This document shows, in pieces, positions 13,601 to 25,823 of a stretch of DNA of 64,000 nucleotides (positions within the stretch are counted from its first letter, which is position 1; the number at the start of each line of letters is the position of its first letter). The stretch is taken from assembly GCF_036588685.1 (NCBI RefSeq), contig NC_086382.1:48360001-48424000 (forward strand), given 5' to 3'. The position numbers and the translations under genes were made by a program. Source of the DNA: Mytilus trossulus (Eukaryota). Below the pieces are notes generated by a model. It was not told the DNA's origin. It saw only the letters and a list, made by a program, of their open reading frames with translations, and made no database searches.

Positions 13601-15271
13601 TGTCGTGTACATTTTATTATTTTGTACAGGTTATTACTTGTACAAAAACTTTGTACAAGTAATTACTTGTATGATGCCATCATATAGGTTATTACTTGTA
13701 TAAATATAATTGTACAAGTAATAACCTGTACAAATTTTGTTGAGAAAAAGATAATAATTTGTACAACTCACTAGCTTTCATATTTTTTTTAATTTATATT
13801 GTATTTGTTTTTCTGTTCTTATTTTCAAGTGTTTATCAGTATTATTTTTGAAATGTTAGAAGTTTACAGATGAACGAAGGACGCAAAGTAATAACATAAG
13901 CTAACATGACACCTTGTGCAAATTTAGCTAAACAGCTAGATGCCACGTAAATACGGACTTCTGGTGCAAAGTGATATTGTCGTTATAATCAAAAATAAAT
14001 TGGTACCCTTCATTCATTTATTTTCAAACATACATCATGACAAAAAATTGCATACATAATATCATACATTGGAAATAAAAGTCAAGCCTAAGGGATTAAA
14101 AAACGTAATTGTTTGCACAAGACATGGAAACATGCGACTTGAATTACACAATACGTTCATTTTTTTGCATTTACGTTTGCCTGTTTTAAAGCCCCCGACA
14201 ACTGCAGAAAACATGACATTGGCCAACTCTTAAAGAAAACAATTGTACTGCTTTGATGACGTTAACCTCTGTGTTCTCTGGTACGTCCAATATTGTCAAT
14301 TCCTTTCTGTAAATCTTTTCAATTTGATTTCATCTCATGAAACCAATCATGATTCCAACTTTTGCACCTATTTTATATCCATTGTCTGCAATATCAAGCA
14401 CAACACCTTTGATGATTTTACAGTACATTGGACCACGGTCTACTCTGTGTACTGGTATTATGACATTATCCCCAATTTCTAAATCTTTTAATCGTTTTTG
14501 AAAGAAGACAATATCTCATCGGCTTGTATTTGTTGGCCTGAAAGGGCTCGTTTTCTGGCACGTATTATTTGGAAATTTGTGTCTGTGTCAAGCGCAATTT
14601 CAGTGCTCGTTCTATTTAAAACATTTATTTCAGTGTTTTTGTCCAAATTAATTTCGGTTTCAGGGTTTGTGTCCAGATTGGTTTCAGTTTCAGTGTTTGT
14701 GTCAAGATCTGTTTCCTTTTCAGTGTTTGTGTCAAGATCGGTTTCCGTTTTAGTGTGTGTGTCAAGATCAGTGTTTGTGTCAAGACCAGTTTCTGTCTTA
14801 TATTTGTTCTGACATTGTCGTCACTGGTAACAGTTGTCAATGCAATTAAATCTTCTTCAGTTTCTAGAGTGTTGAGTATTTCTTTTGGAATGGCTGACAA
14901 TGACAAGCCAACTTTAGGGTCACTTCCGAATAAAGCTTTATACGGCGACTGATCAATTGTTCTATGGTGTGACCTGTATTTGATATATTAAATGTTCTCA
15001 CATATTGAGAGTTTATACCTTAAGGCAAAGTAAATAATTATATATTATTATGTTGAAAGGAAAACAATTTGTTGTGAACTTCAAATAGGCCAAGGTAAAA
15101 CAATGAGTTGTACGAGTTATTATCTTTTTCTCCACAATTTGTACAGGTTATTACTTGTACAAATATATTTATACAAGTAATAACCTGTATGATGGCATCA
15201 TACATGTAATTACTTGTATGAAAATTTTGTACAAGTAATAACCTGTACAAAATAATAACATGTACACGACA
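13601..15271 (-). mobile_element. Internally deleted Ginger2/TDD-like (KRBA2/SCAND3-type integrase) DNA transposon
   Basis: ~170-bp TIRs (13601-13770 and 15104-15271), TGTCG...CGACA termini, TATA on both sides (13597-13600 and 15272-15275), and an internal degenerate integrase C-terminal exon. Confidence 0.8.
14105..14973 (-). pseudogene. Degenerate KRBA2/SCAND3-like integrase C-terminal exon
   Basis: After an AG acceptor it reads SHHRTIDQSPYKALFGSDPKVGL...IGDNVIIPVHRVDRGP...YKIG...GQCHVFCSC, ending in a Cys-rich tail. It contains frameshifts and stops, and a 30-bp tandem repeat at ~14575-14790. Confidence 0.75.
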
Positions 15272-16012
15272 TATATAAGTATATTACATACTAGTAATAT
15301 TTAGTTTGCTTTTAATTTACTAATAACAAAATCAATATTTTTACCAATAAAATAATATTCAATGATCTTATTACAGTTATTGTCATGTGCAAGGCTCCGT
15401 ATACATTCTATAAACAATCTTTTATTTAACAAAGCTTCAATTGAACTAGGTCAAAACTAGTTATAAGAAACTCAGTTGTTGTATTTAGTCCGATGCTTTG
15501 CTTTTGTGCATATTGGTTTCTCATTTTGTGCTAAATCATTTTATGTGTGCCAACTATGAAATTTTTAAGTCGCTAATGAAATATAACCTTATAATGCTTA
15601 TGTAATACTGCATATAAAAAAAAATGGCGCAAATGTAACGCGCCCCGATTAATCCAATGACATTTTGTTTTCATTCTGAAGTTATTTATAGATTTAGATT
15701 TATATAGACACCTGACTATTGTTGAAATCATTGACCGAAAAATGTTTAATTCCCTTTTGTTTCATTGTGGTCTCAAGTGACGAATGACGTGGTTTCGACT
15801 GCAGATTGAGAAAAAGAATAAGAACTTTAAGATTGGTTCTTCTCCGCAGCAAATGTGGTATTTATGAGTCCTTAAGCAGAAAGCAATTTTCTCGGTTAAA
15901 GATTAAATTTACTATTTCGGTAGCCTTAACCTTCTGATTTCAATTGATATCAAAGTTGCAATGCTCTTCAACTTCGTACTTTATTTGGCATTTTAAACTT
16001 TTTTGGATTCGA

Positions 16013-16056
16013 GCGTCACTGATGAGTCTTTAGTAGACGAAACGCGCATTTGGCGT
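16013..16056 (+). ncRNA. Type I hammerhead ribozyme motif, probably degraded, within a retrozyme/Penelope-type repeat fragment
   Basis: gcgtca-CTGATGA-gtct ttagt agac-GAAA-cgcgca-TT-tggcgt: core, stem I and stem II are intact; stem III has a C-A mismatch. Confidence 0.7.
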
Positions 16057-17083
16057 ATATACTAAATTTAGTCCTGGTGTATCTATGATGAGTTTATTTT
16101 GAAGGTGTATGATCGATAATAAATTTGATATCTGAATTGTTTAATTTCGAATGGAATTTGGACCGAACGAACTTCCGTTTAGATAGAAGTAAGTATAACA
16201 TTTGATTATGGATCTAGCATTAGTATGTATACCACTGATACACTGATTGGTCAAAAAGTACGGATATCGATGAACTAGAAAGCAGATACATAAATAATTT
16301 GACTCTGCACGTGCGACCTTAATTGTGTTATGGTGACCTCTATGTGCCATAGGTTGCTTATATATTGGAGCATCAACATCCTATGCTGCTTACAAGATCG
16401 GTACTGCTCCATTTTAAATCATTATAATTATGGATCACGCATTGATCTCCATTTAGCTTGGTAATGCCACAAGGTCATTAATCATTGACTCATTGGTGTA
16501 TTATGTCCCTTATCAACTTTTGTTTACAAGCTCAAAAAGTTAAAAAGTTAGGTCTTTCACACTTTGGACATACTAGATGCAGTTTCATGACTCTTTGACA
16601 TTAACGTCTTTTCGTACGGGGAATGATTTTTTATATAGTAATATTGAATTGCTTCCTAAACTGGATTTGCCAAAACAAATCAAGTTTCAAGAACATCCGC
16701 ACAAAATGGATGGCATCGGATTTTAAGTCACTTTGAAATTACCTTACAACTGTGTTTCATACAGTACCTGTACCTGTGACGATCACAATGAATTTTAAAA
16801 ATGTTTGAAAACCACACAACTTCAACAAGGTACAAAAAACAAACAACGTATATGTTCAACGAAAACTTTGTACTATACTGTAGTAAAAAATAACTTCATT
16901 TATAAATGATGTACAGTAACACAGATAAAAAAAACTAATAATATATAAACAAATCTTACTATTCATTCAATATATTGTTTTATAAATGCATAAGTTATAT
17001 GATATTTTCGTTGTTGACTAGAAAAAAACATAGTTAATTTTCACTTAATCATCACTGAAATTGGCAAGAAACACATACTAATT

Positions 17084-18031
17084 TCATTCATCTGTTCTTT
17101 GACTGATGAAAGTTTTTACTTTGTTTTGAACAAATTCTTGGCGCCCTTCGTTTATTTTTACCTTTAGCTCGTGGATGCTTTGTCTCTTTGCGGACACGCT
17201 CATAGGCGCCGAACTTAATCGATTTTGAATGAGTTGATTTTTCCAAGCACTGGCTGATAAAGTCGGCTGAGGTTGATTGAGAATTTCTGATATTCCAGCA
17301 TTTCGCCTGAGACCACCAGAATGTGAATTGTCTTTCCTATTAGAATCTGGAGTTTCTAGAGCTTGTAACTGTACAGTTAAGGAGCTTAAATCAAATCCTG
17401 CACTATGACGACGAATTTTTCTCTGTCTTTCATGTAAACCGCGTTTGAACACCGGCACACCTTCTTTTGCTTTTAAGAGTTTTTTAGTGAGTGCATTAGT
17501 TTGATCCATCCATGCTGGTTTAGAACTAGTCGTGCTACCGGAAGAACTACTTAAAGTTACATCTGAAATACAACTCTCAGCGTCGGAGTCTTTGATTGGA
17601 CCATTGAGTCCTCTGCGCACAGGACTGCTCTGTGGTCGAATTTGTACGGAAGCAAGTGATGCTGAAAAGTCGCTATCTGATTTGCGACGTCTTGAACCAG
17701 CATACATCGCTGATTGTGGCCGTTTTATACGTCGCCTTTTACGACTAATTATTCGTTGACCATACATAAAGAAAGGTCCTTCGTCCTCTTTTTCTTTTAT
17801 CATTTCTTCCTTAGGCGCAAGTCCTTCTGGACTATGACCACTGCATGAATTGATATAATCCAACGTCAGAGATATAAGCCGGATATCTTGATTTGTCACT
17901 CTAACAGCATGTACCTTTTCTTTCTCTAACAAATGTAGTTTTCCCTGTAAACGTGTATTTTCAATGTTATTAATGCGATAAGCTCGTTGCATCCGAGATG
18001 AATTATAATTTGGATTTTCGTTCGACGGCAT
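17084..18031 (-). CDS. Uncharacterised 315-aa basic, Ser/Arg-rich protein with a predicted N-terminal coiled coil (single coding exon)
   Basis: 948-nt ATG-initiated open frame with higher GC than its flanks; a possible 5'UTR splice acceptor (atttcag) lies near 18196. Confidence 0.75.
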   Translation of the reverse strand: MPSNENPNYNSSRMQRAYRINNIENTRLQGKLHLLEKEKVHAVRVTNQDIRLISLTLDYINSCSGHSPEGLAPKEEMIKEKEDEGPFFMYGQRIISRKRRRIKRPQSAMYAGSRRRKSDSDFSASLASVQIRPQSSPVRRGLNGPIKDSDAESCISDVTLSSSSGSTTSSKPAWMDQTNALTKKLLKAKEGVPVFKRGLHERQRKIRRHSAGFDLSSLTVQLQALETPDSNRKDNSHSGGLRRNAGISEILNQPQPTLSASAWKNQLIQNRLSSAPMSVSAKRQSIHELKVKINEGRQEFVQNKVKTFISQRTDE

Positions 18032-21000
18032 GGTATTTTAGTATTACTTTGGGTGTCTTACTGAATACAATGTTCAATGTTTTGAAGATTTTATCACTTC
18101 GATTATAATCTGCCTTGCACTAAACATTGTAATTGTCTTTAGAAACACCACTGTTAGCCAGATATATATCCAAATCTGTTTTCATTCAATCAAGTCTGAA
18201 ATAGATAATAAAATAAGTAAATCCCCAAATTGTTGAAACTTCTGAAGTATTTACATTCCAAATATACTAATGATTTATACCCACTTATCTAGTCCCCAAG
18301 TAGTACATATTGCATTTTGACACTCCAGTCTGCTATAGTTACCAGGCATCAGAGAACACAAATCACTTAAAAAATATCCACATGCGTAGCACTGCAGATC
18401 GATTCATCCTTTTTAGTAGCCAATTCTATAAGTCTTATGTCATACAGATGAAAGGAATAAAAACCTACGATTAATGATATACTGGTATTTATCTTTCAAA
18501 TCCAATATACCTTTTAAAAGTATTGACCTGTTTTCTGTCAAGAAATCGACTGGTTTTACTGATGTTGTGAGATGACATCAATAAAATATATAATTTGTTA
18601 ACCATCAACAATCAATTAATGTTAGATTTGTAAAATAATTGCATTGAAAAATATTTAATATTACATAATCATCTGCGTTGATATGTGTTGTCATGTTTGG
18701 AGATAGTTTGCTTCCATGTTTTATATAAAGACTTTACGGTAGATGCATTGTTTGTGTTCGCAATGAAAATGGACGTTCAATATGCTTGTCGAATAATGAT
18801 ATATGATGAAATTTACTACTAAACTTTAATTATAATAATTGTTAGGAATTTCAATGATTTTTTGTTAATGTTGGTTTGTTTGTATGCAACAGTAGTTATA
18901 TCTCAGGGGCGTATTCAGGATTTTTTTTAAAGGGGACGTAATACTATTAGACCGCAAAAAAATACAGCTGATCTTAGCGAAAGCGGAAAAATTCTGGGCG
19001 ATTTTATGCTAAAATTGTAATGTTTTCAAATCAAAGTGGATGTAGGCCCTCTACGCCCCCTCGAATCTGCCACATAGTCTATATATACTCGTTTCTCAGA
19101 GGAGATTTCTCTTCAGGTATATAGTACTGGTATATACGATCATATACTGTTTTGTTTGCTCAATATGTATTACCTGTTCTCATATTAAGTATTTGTGTCA
19201 ACAAATCTGTCTTTTAAAGTGTCTCAATTCAATTTTATTATTTACGATGCAAAACGTATGCAAATAATACTGAATAGATTTGCAATGTATATTGGCATTC
19301 AATTAAATAATACAAATGTTCACATTATCGAGGCTTGTGAACGGCAACATTGTTCATCATTATATCCAATTTCTACAAAGTTTTCTTATATACAGTGATA
19401 GCTATATATACGCATTTGACCTTTGTACTCAAATCACTTTTATATATTTTATTGCAGAAAAAGTTATTTGATGTGAGTGAAAAGCCTATAAACGCTGATA
19501 TCGTTTATTAGATTTTTAAAGTAAGTTGATTTTAATTGAAATGAAAAGATAAATCTGAACTGTGAAATTCATTCGCCAGTTTCATTCAATATATATTACT
19601 TAATATTTTCCACACCTTACTTTTTATTGATAAAATTTGTAAGAAATACGTTTCATGCGCTTGAAATGCAAATTAGATATTGCGGTTATTTATTTCTAGT
19701 GCATTTATATATTTCATTGAAAGAAGTTTCATAATATTTGCGCATGTTTCTGAAACTGCGATAGCTGAAGCAAAGGTTGTATAGTGAATGTTAACTTTTT
19801 TCTGGATCAAATTTTAACAGCAAACTACCTGATTGTATATATGTATTATAACTGAGTTGTTTTGTTTGTCATCCTTTTAAAAATTATCACTCTTCATCTC
19901 AATATTCTAAGAGATTAGTTGGTTTGGTAAATTTTTGATTTTATTAGAGGTCAACCAAGATTAGTGCGATATTGCTCTAAGGTGTAAGGACTTTAGATGT
20001 TTGACGTCAGATCTCAGTCCATGGAGAAAAGATGGAAATAGGCGCTTTTAAACGAGTTTAACCTCGCAACATTATGTATGCGGCTGCCCAAAATCAGGAA
20101 GCTATTATTCAGTAGTCTTTGTTTGTTGCTGTGCAACATATTTGTTTTTCGGTCAATATATTTTGTACAAAAATTACGTCATTAGTTTTCTCGTTCAATT
20201 GTTTAAAAAACATTGTCATTTCGAGACATGCTATTACTAAGCGGTTAGTGTCATTTTGACTCTTGTGGATAGTAGTCTCATTGGCAATCATACCACATCT
20301 TTGTATTTTTATAACTTCATCGCCATCTTGTATTTTAACGTTTTTAAAACCACTTATTACTTTTTCGTTGTTAAAGCTTAAGGAGCATTTTAAACTTTTA
20401 TTTTCCTTTTTGTTTTCGACTTTAAATTTAAACAAAATCAGTGACAGCTCCAACCGAAAGACGAGGTTCTACATTCTCATTTTCAAACTAATTGCTAATT
20501 TACAAAGCATGAGTAGATTATTCTTTTCTAGATATAAGAAGATGTGGTATGAGTGCCGCCAATGAGACAACTCTCCATCCAAGTTACAATTTGTTAAAAG
20601 TAAACCAGTATAGGTCAAGGTACGGTCTTCAACACAGAGCCCTAGCTCACACCGAACATCAAGTTATAAAGGGCCTCAGAAGTGATTAGTGTAAAACCAT
20701 TCAAACGGGGAAACCAACGGTCTAATCTACACGTATATTATAAAAAATAAATTGCATGCTGCATTTAACGTCTAAAGTGTATGAGTTCGTCCATGATTGC
20801 AATCACTGACAGTCTCAATATACATGTTTGAACATTTATTGCAGATCTTAATAAAAAAAATCAATCATCAAAAATATGAGGTCACTTTATGAAAGCTTAA
20901 CTTTAACAAGCCCCCTTTTGAAGTGTGGATTTAAAGCGAACATAGGAAGACTATAAGCTAATCAGAATTTCGTGACGTTAACAGTACAACAAATTCATAT

Positions 21001-21626
21001 TTACCCGAAAACATCCTGTGTCACTAATGCAATATACTATAGAATTTTCACGTCTCTATGCATTACTGTGATGATTTTAATATATCCTTTCGATCATTTA
21101 AAACCTTCATCGATTTCCATATTGAAATATAATCTAACAAACAACAGAAATGTCAATTGTTTACGGCAAATGTAAGTCTATAATCCTCTTTTATCAAAAT
21201 CGATTTTACTTTATAAACAAACGAACGTAAACGCAATATTTTGATTTAGTAGATATTAAAATTAGTCCACTAGACCATATAATCAGTAACGTATAACGAG
21301 TAATTTATAATTGTTCATTGAAAAGTTTAAATATCATTTTTCAATTAGCAAAATATCAAACTTAACGACAGATTTACGATTATTGATTTCCGTAAAATGT
21401 TTTCCGTGATTGCTCTGTTTGAACAAACATTTTCTATATATCAGAGACGTATTATACAATATTATAATATTGCTGTTTATATAAACTATTAATTGGATTA
21501 TAGGATTAAATTTAAACTCTGAAAATGACTGCTTTAGCGAAGCGACTCGTCGATTATAGACGAATCAAAAATGAATATTTGCGAATAGAATGTTTTATAA
21601 ATGCTTGCTGTTGATTGATATTCCAA

Positions 21627-22193
21627 AGGAGTAGGTCCGGTAATGACCCGTTTTGGCCTCAAATTTCAGGTTCATCTAACGAAAGTTTTTGGACATTTTA
21701 TAAATACTTAAGTGTTTATTTCAATTGATTCGAATAGTGTATGTGAACGATTTTAACTGATTTAGTCATTAAAAACGCTCTGATTCAAGTTTAAATATAA
21801 AAAAACCTATCAAATATGCCAAAAAACGTCACTTTTTAGTTGGTTTTTGTTAAAAATGAAAGTGGCCGCATCCTTGTTTATACTCAACCTTTATATACGT
21901 TTTGTATTATCATCAAATATACAACTTACATTTCAATATTATGAATGGTCACGAATGCGGACACTTTCATTGTATACGGTAGCCGTCAAAAAATTAACCA
22001 AAATGCTAAAATTTTGAAGATTTCAGTAATTTAGCATGACTTAATTAAATGATGCCAGAACGCGATATTTGTGCATTGTATTCTCGAAAACAGCTCATAT
22101 TTATATAGCAGAAGCATTTTACTTTCCAAAATATAGCTTAATGGTTACATTTTCACAATTTTCTAAAACTGCTATATTTTGGAACCTACTCCT
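21627..22193. mobile_element. ~570-bp non-autonomous TIR element (MITE) with AGG...CCT termini
   Basis: aaaggagtaggtcc at 21625 and ggaacctactccttt ending 22195 are inverted copies; flanks CCAA and TTAT resemble a decayed TTAA. Confidence 0.55.
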
Positions 22194-25100
22194 TTATGAA
22201 TATTTTTTTTTTTTTTTTTTTTTTAAATATTTTGAAATAAATGAACGAAAGGATACCGAACTACTGCTACCATTAAACTGATATAATATAACAGTAGACA
22301 GAGACAATTGATTGGTTGATGGTTGGTTGCTTAATGCCCAGTGGCAAATATTACATGCATGTTTTAAACGATAGGTATTATTCAAGAACAAATATAAATG
22401 ATGTTTTATAAGACATACATTATATGCAAATGTATAGCTAACGAGCCCACGAAGGGTGGACAGTAACTAGACTCGTTCCTCAAGAAGTACCGATAAAGTT
22501 TCTAACAGCATACACAAGAATCAAGAAGGAAGTAGAGGAATGGACTCCCGACTATAACACATAAAAATGTCCATGGTAATTGATGAAAACTATTGAGTAA
22601 CGGTCTACCAGATCATGATGTCGAAATTGTGCATGTAAATTTAGAATTTGACTATTCAACTTTACCATGTAAAGAAACCCTTAAAACTGTTTGTTCAATC
22701 TAAAATATATTTCAAAAGTTATATTTAAAGACAGAGTCACTGATGAAGTTCCAAATCGAAACACGTATATTAACAATAATGAAATGTTTCCGTACGTAAT
22801 TTCAATTGATAACTTTATCAATACATTCCGGTAAATGTTCGAAAGTAAGAAATTCATCAATACTTTCAAATCAATACAATTAATTCCCTCTTATCCTATG
22901 TGCAGAAGAATCTAGAAATATTGCCTTTTAACCTATCTTCGTATATTTGTCCTTTACTGATTGGCATGTATATATATACGAAGTTAATATGTCTATATAT
23001 ATATATATATATATATCTTTATTCTCACAAACCAAATTACAAAGGTATAGAGATAATTATACATATTTCAAAATTACATAAATAAATAATGTACGAAAGT
23101 AGATAGAGGCATTCACAATTGTTCACCCAGAAAAATTCAATTTGTTATTGATCTCCTTAATAAGTTTACATAGTTCGTTCAGATCTGAACATTTTTTTGA
23201 ATTTTTTTGAATTCATTAAGTCATAAAACTTCAATGTATTTGGACTATTTCTATAGTAAAATACAATACATTGTTTTCTACAGTTATCAAAAGCTGAACA
23301 ATTAAAAATGTAATGGTATTCATCACCGATGGCATCTGAATTACATAATACACATTTTCTGTTTTCTCTTTCTATTTTTTGCCATCTTCCAGTCCAGACT
23401 GGCTGGTTACATTATGAATCATGATCATGTAGCTTGTGAGAGACTTACATTGTATATGACATTTATAATAATATATTTACATAAAAGTTTACTTCGTATA
23501 TATCTTTTTGAGTACAGTGTATGCAGTAAAAGTGTTCATTTCTATTTCTATGTTGATTCAGGAAGTTCAATATTTACAAAGTTCAAATATCATCGCCAAT
23601 GATATACATATGATAAATACTTTGAACAAAGCTGGTAGGCGATACTAGACGCACATGTATCTCTTGCTGACGTCACATCCCTCTGCATTTTGTATATTTA
23701 TTGTCAAAAAACAATATTTTATTTAAACTGGAATATTGGATAAAAAATTGAAAATTAACATCGGGAATGTTTCAAAGAGACAACCACCCGACCAAATAGC
23801 AGAAACAGCTCAAAGCCAACAATGGATCTTCTATTCAGCGAAAAATTCCCGCACCCGGAGGCCGGCTTTAGGAGGCCAATAAACAAAAATGTGTACTATT
23901 TCAGTGAAATTGGACGATATGACTATTTTAATTCTTACCTGCACTAAAGAACTCATTACAGAATCCAAATGTATATGTTACAGCATCAATCATACACAGA
24001 AATTACTATGCAAAAAGACTGTAGTTAGATTTTACTTATTTGTTTGTGTAGTTAAATTCGTAATCGGTTGTTAAGAACATGTAGTTTCGAGTCTCATAAC
24101 TTCCCTTCAGTTTTTATCAGGTACACTTTGACGTATTTAGATAAGCGAAACAAACCTTCCGTACGTGATTTAACCGTTTAAATGTGTGTTAGTTTAAGAG
24201 AGTTCGCTAAGATTTAAATTATAGATATTTCTGTTATGTTCAAATATGAACCAGATTGAAACAGAAAATTATTGAGGTTTCCTCTTTATATATTACTTTT
24301 AATTCATTTTTTTCTGAATAGCCTTTTGTACTTCATTCAAAATTGACAAATTACTAGGTTGAATGGCAAATGAAATTAACAAAGAATAATATAACATGTC
24401 ACACTATTCCGTTTCATTGTGAAAACAACATCAAACATATGAGGTTAAAAAATTGGCAGCAAACATTTTTTCAGTCAATACAATTGTTAAAGGTTAAATT
24501 GCTCAAATCAGAAAAGAAATAATTGATAGGAGTAAAAAGTCAGAGTATGTCAATATTATCTGGTGAATATTCAATAACGGATAGTTATTTCATTTAAAAA
24601 TTGGATCAAAATAGGTTTTCCCAAAGATAATAGATAAGTAAACACTCTATGCTTATTCTTACATAGACACTCTTCTTTACATTAAACAGACGTGCAAAGA
24701 AAGGATTTAGTTGCGCAACCTAGTTGTAAAGTCATATATTAAGTAAGTTAAAAAAATCTGACCCCAAAGGAAACATTTAGTTCATGTATATATTTTTTTA
24801 TATTAGTTGCTGAATGGTCATTATCCGATATTCCTTAAATAAACAGTGTCCCAGGACCAATACTGAGCGTCATTCTTCATAACAAGGACTGAGACACATA
24901 TTATATGTTCAAGGTTTATAAATATCTATACCTGAACCGAACTTGCAATATTTGTATTGTGAATTCACAACGAGAAGCATGTATTCCACTGAATACTCCC
25001 AAAGATCAGTCTTTAGGTAAGAACTTAAGAAAAAGACATTCAAAATTCAGCCTTTCATTTTGTAATATTATGTTGTACGGTTCATTAAACGGATACAAAC

Positions 25101-25823
25101 CATGCTACAATCTAGAGTAAACATATAGTTATATTGTGTGGTGGGTAGCTACATGTATGTCATTTATATATAGCTCCGCATCTTCCTTCATTCATGTACG
25201 AAATGTTAATAAATACTAAAGGAAGAGTTTACAATAATAACTTTATCTATTGGCAAAACTTTTTATTATTCTAGTCCAAAGTAGAAATAAAAAAACCTTA
25301 AAAGAAAAATGAAAAAAGAGCTATTAACTTACCTTCAAACATTTAAAACCGTTGAAAAGAATAAACAAAACCGTTTTATCATTCAGCATAAATAAGGTTT
25401 CTTATCATCCACGACGTTATTACGTTGAAAGGATGAATCCAATTTAAATGTGAAACCAAACGTGATATTTAACCACTTATATTCTCGTCAACAAAGTGAA
25501 ACTGATCGTAAATTCTACTTTTATGTTAAAAATGGATATCTAAGTGAATTTATAACCTGCAATATAACTGCCATATTTAAATATTTTCATTCCTTTAAAT
25601 ATACATAAAAAAGAGTAATTGTTATTTTATTTAACTTTTGCTTGATTTGAAGTGAGAAATTTATGAAATTAAACCTTTTAATATTTAAATACGTATGTGT
25701 ATTCTTAAACTGGTCCAAATTTTAAAGGTCGATGCAGAGTTTATTGCCTTTTACTCTGCCGGAGAAATTGGACACACCCCATACTGATAATTGGGTTGTG
25801 TATACGATATTTCATCTTTCAAT

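Noticed and set aside
18904-19078. hAT-type MITE (caggggcgtattcag...gaatctgccac)
   Set aside because: The ends are too degenerate and no 8-bp TSD could be confirmed.
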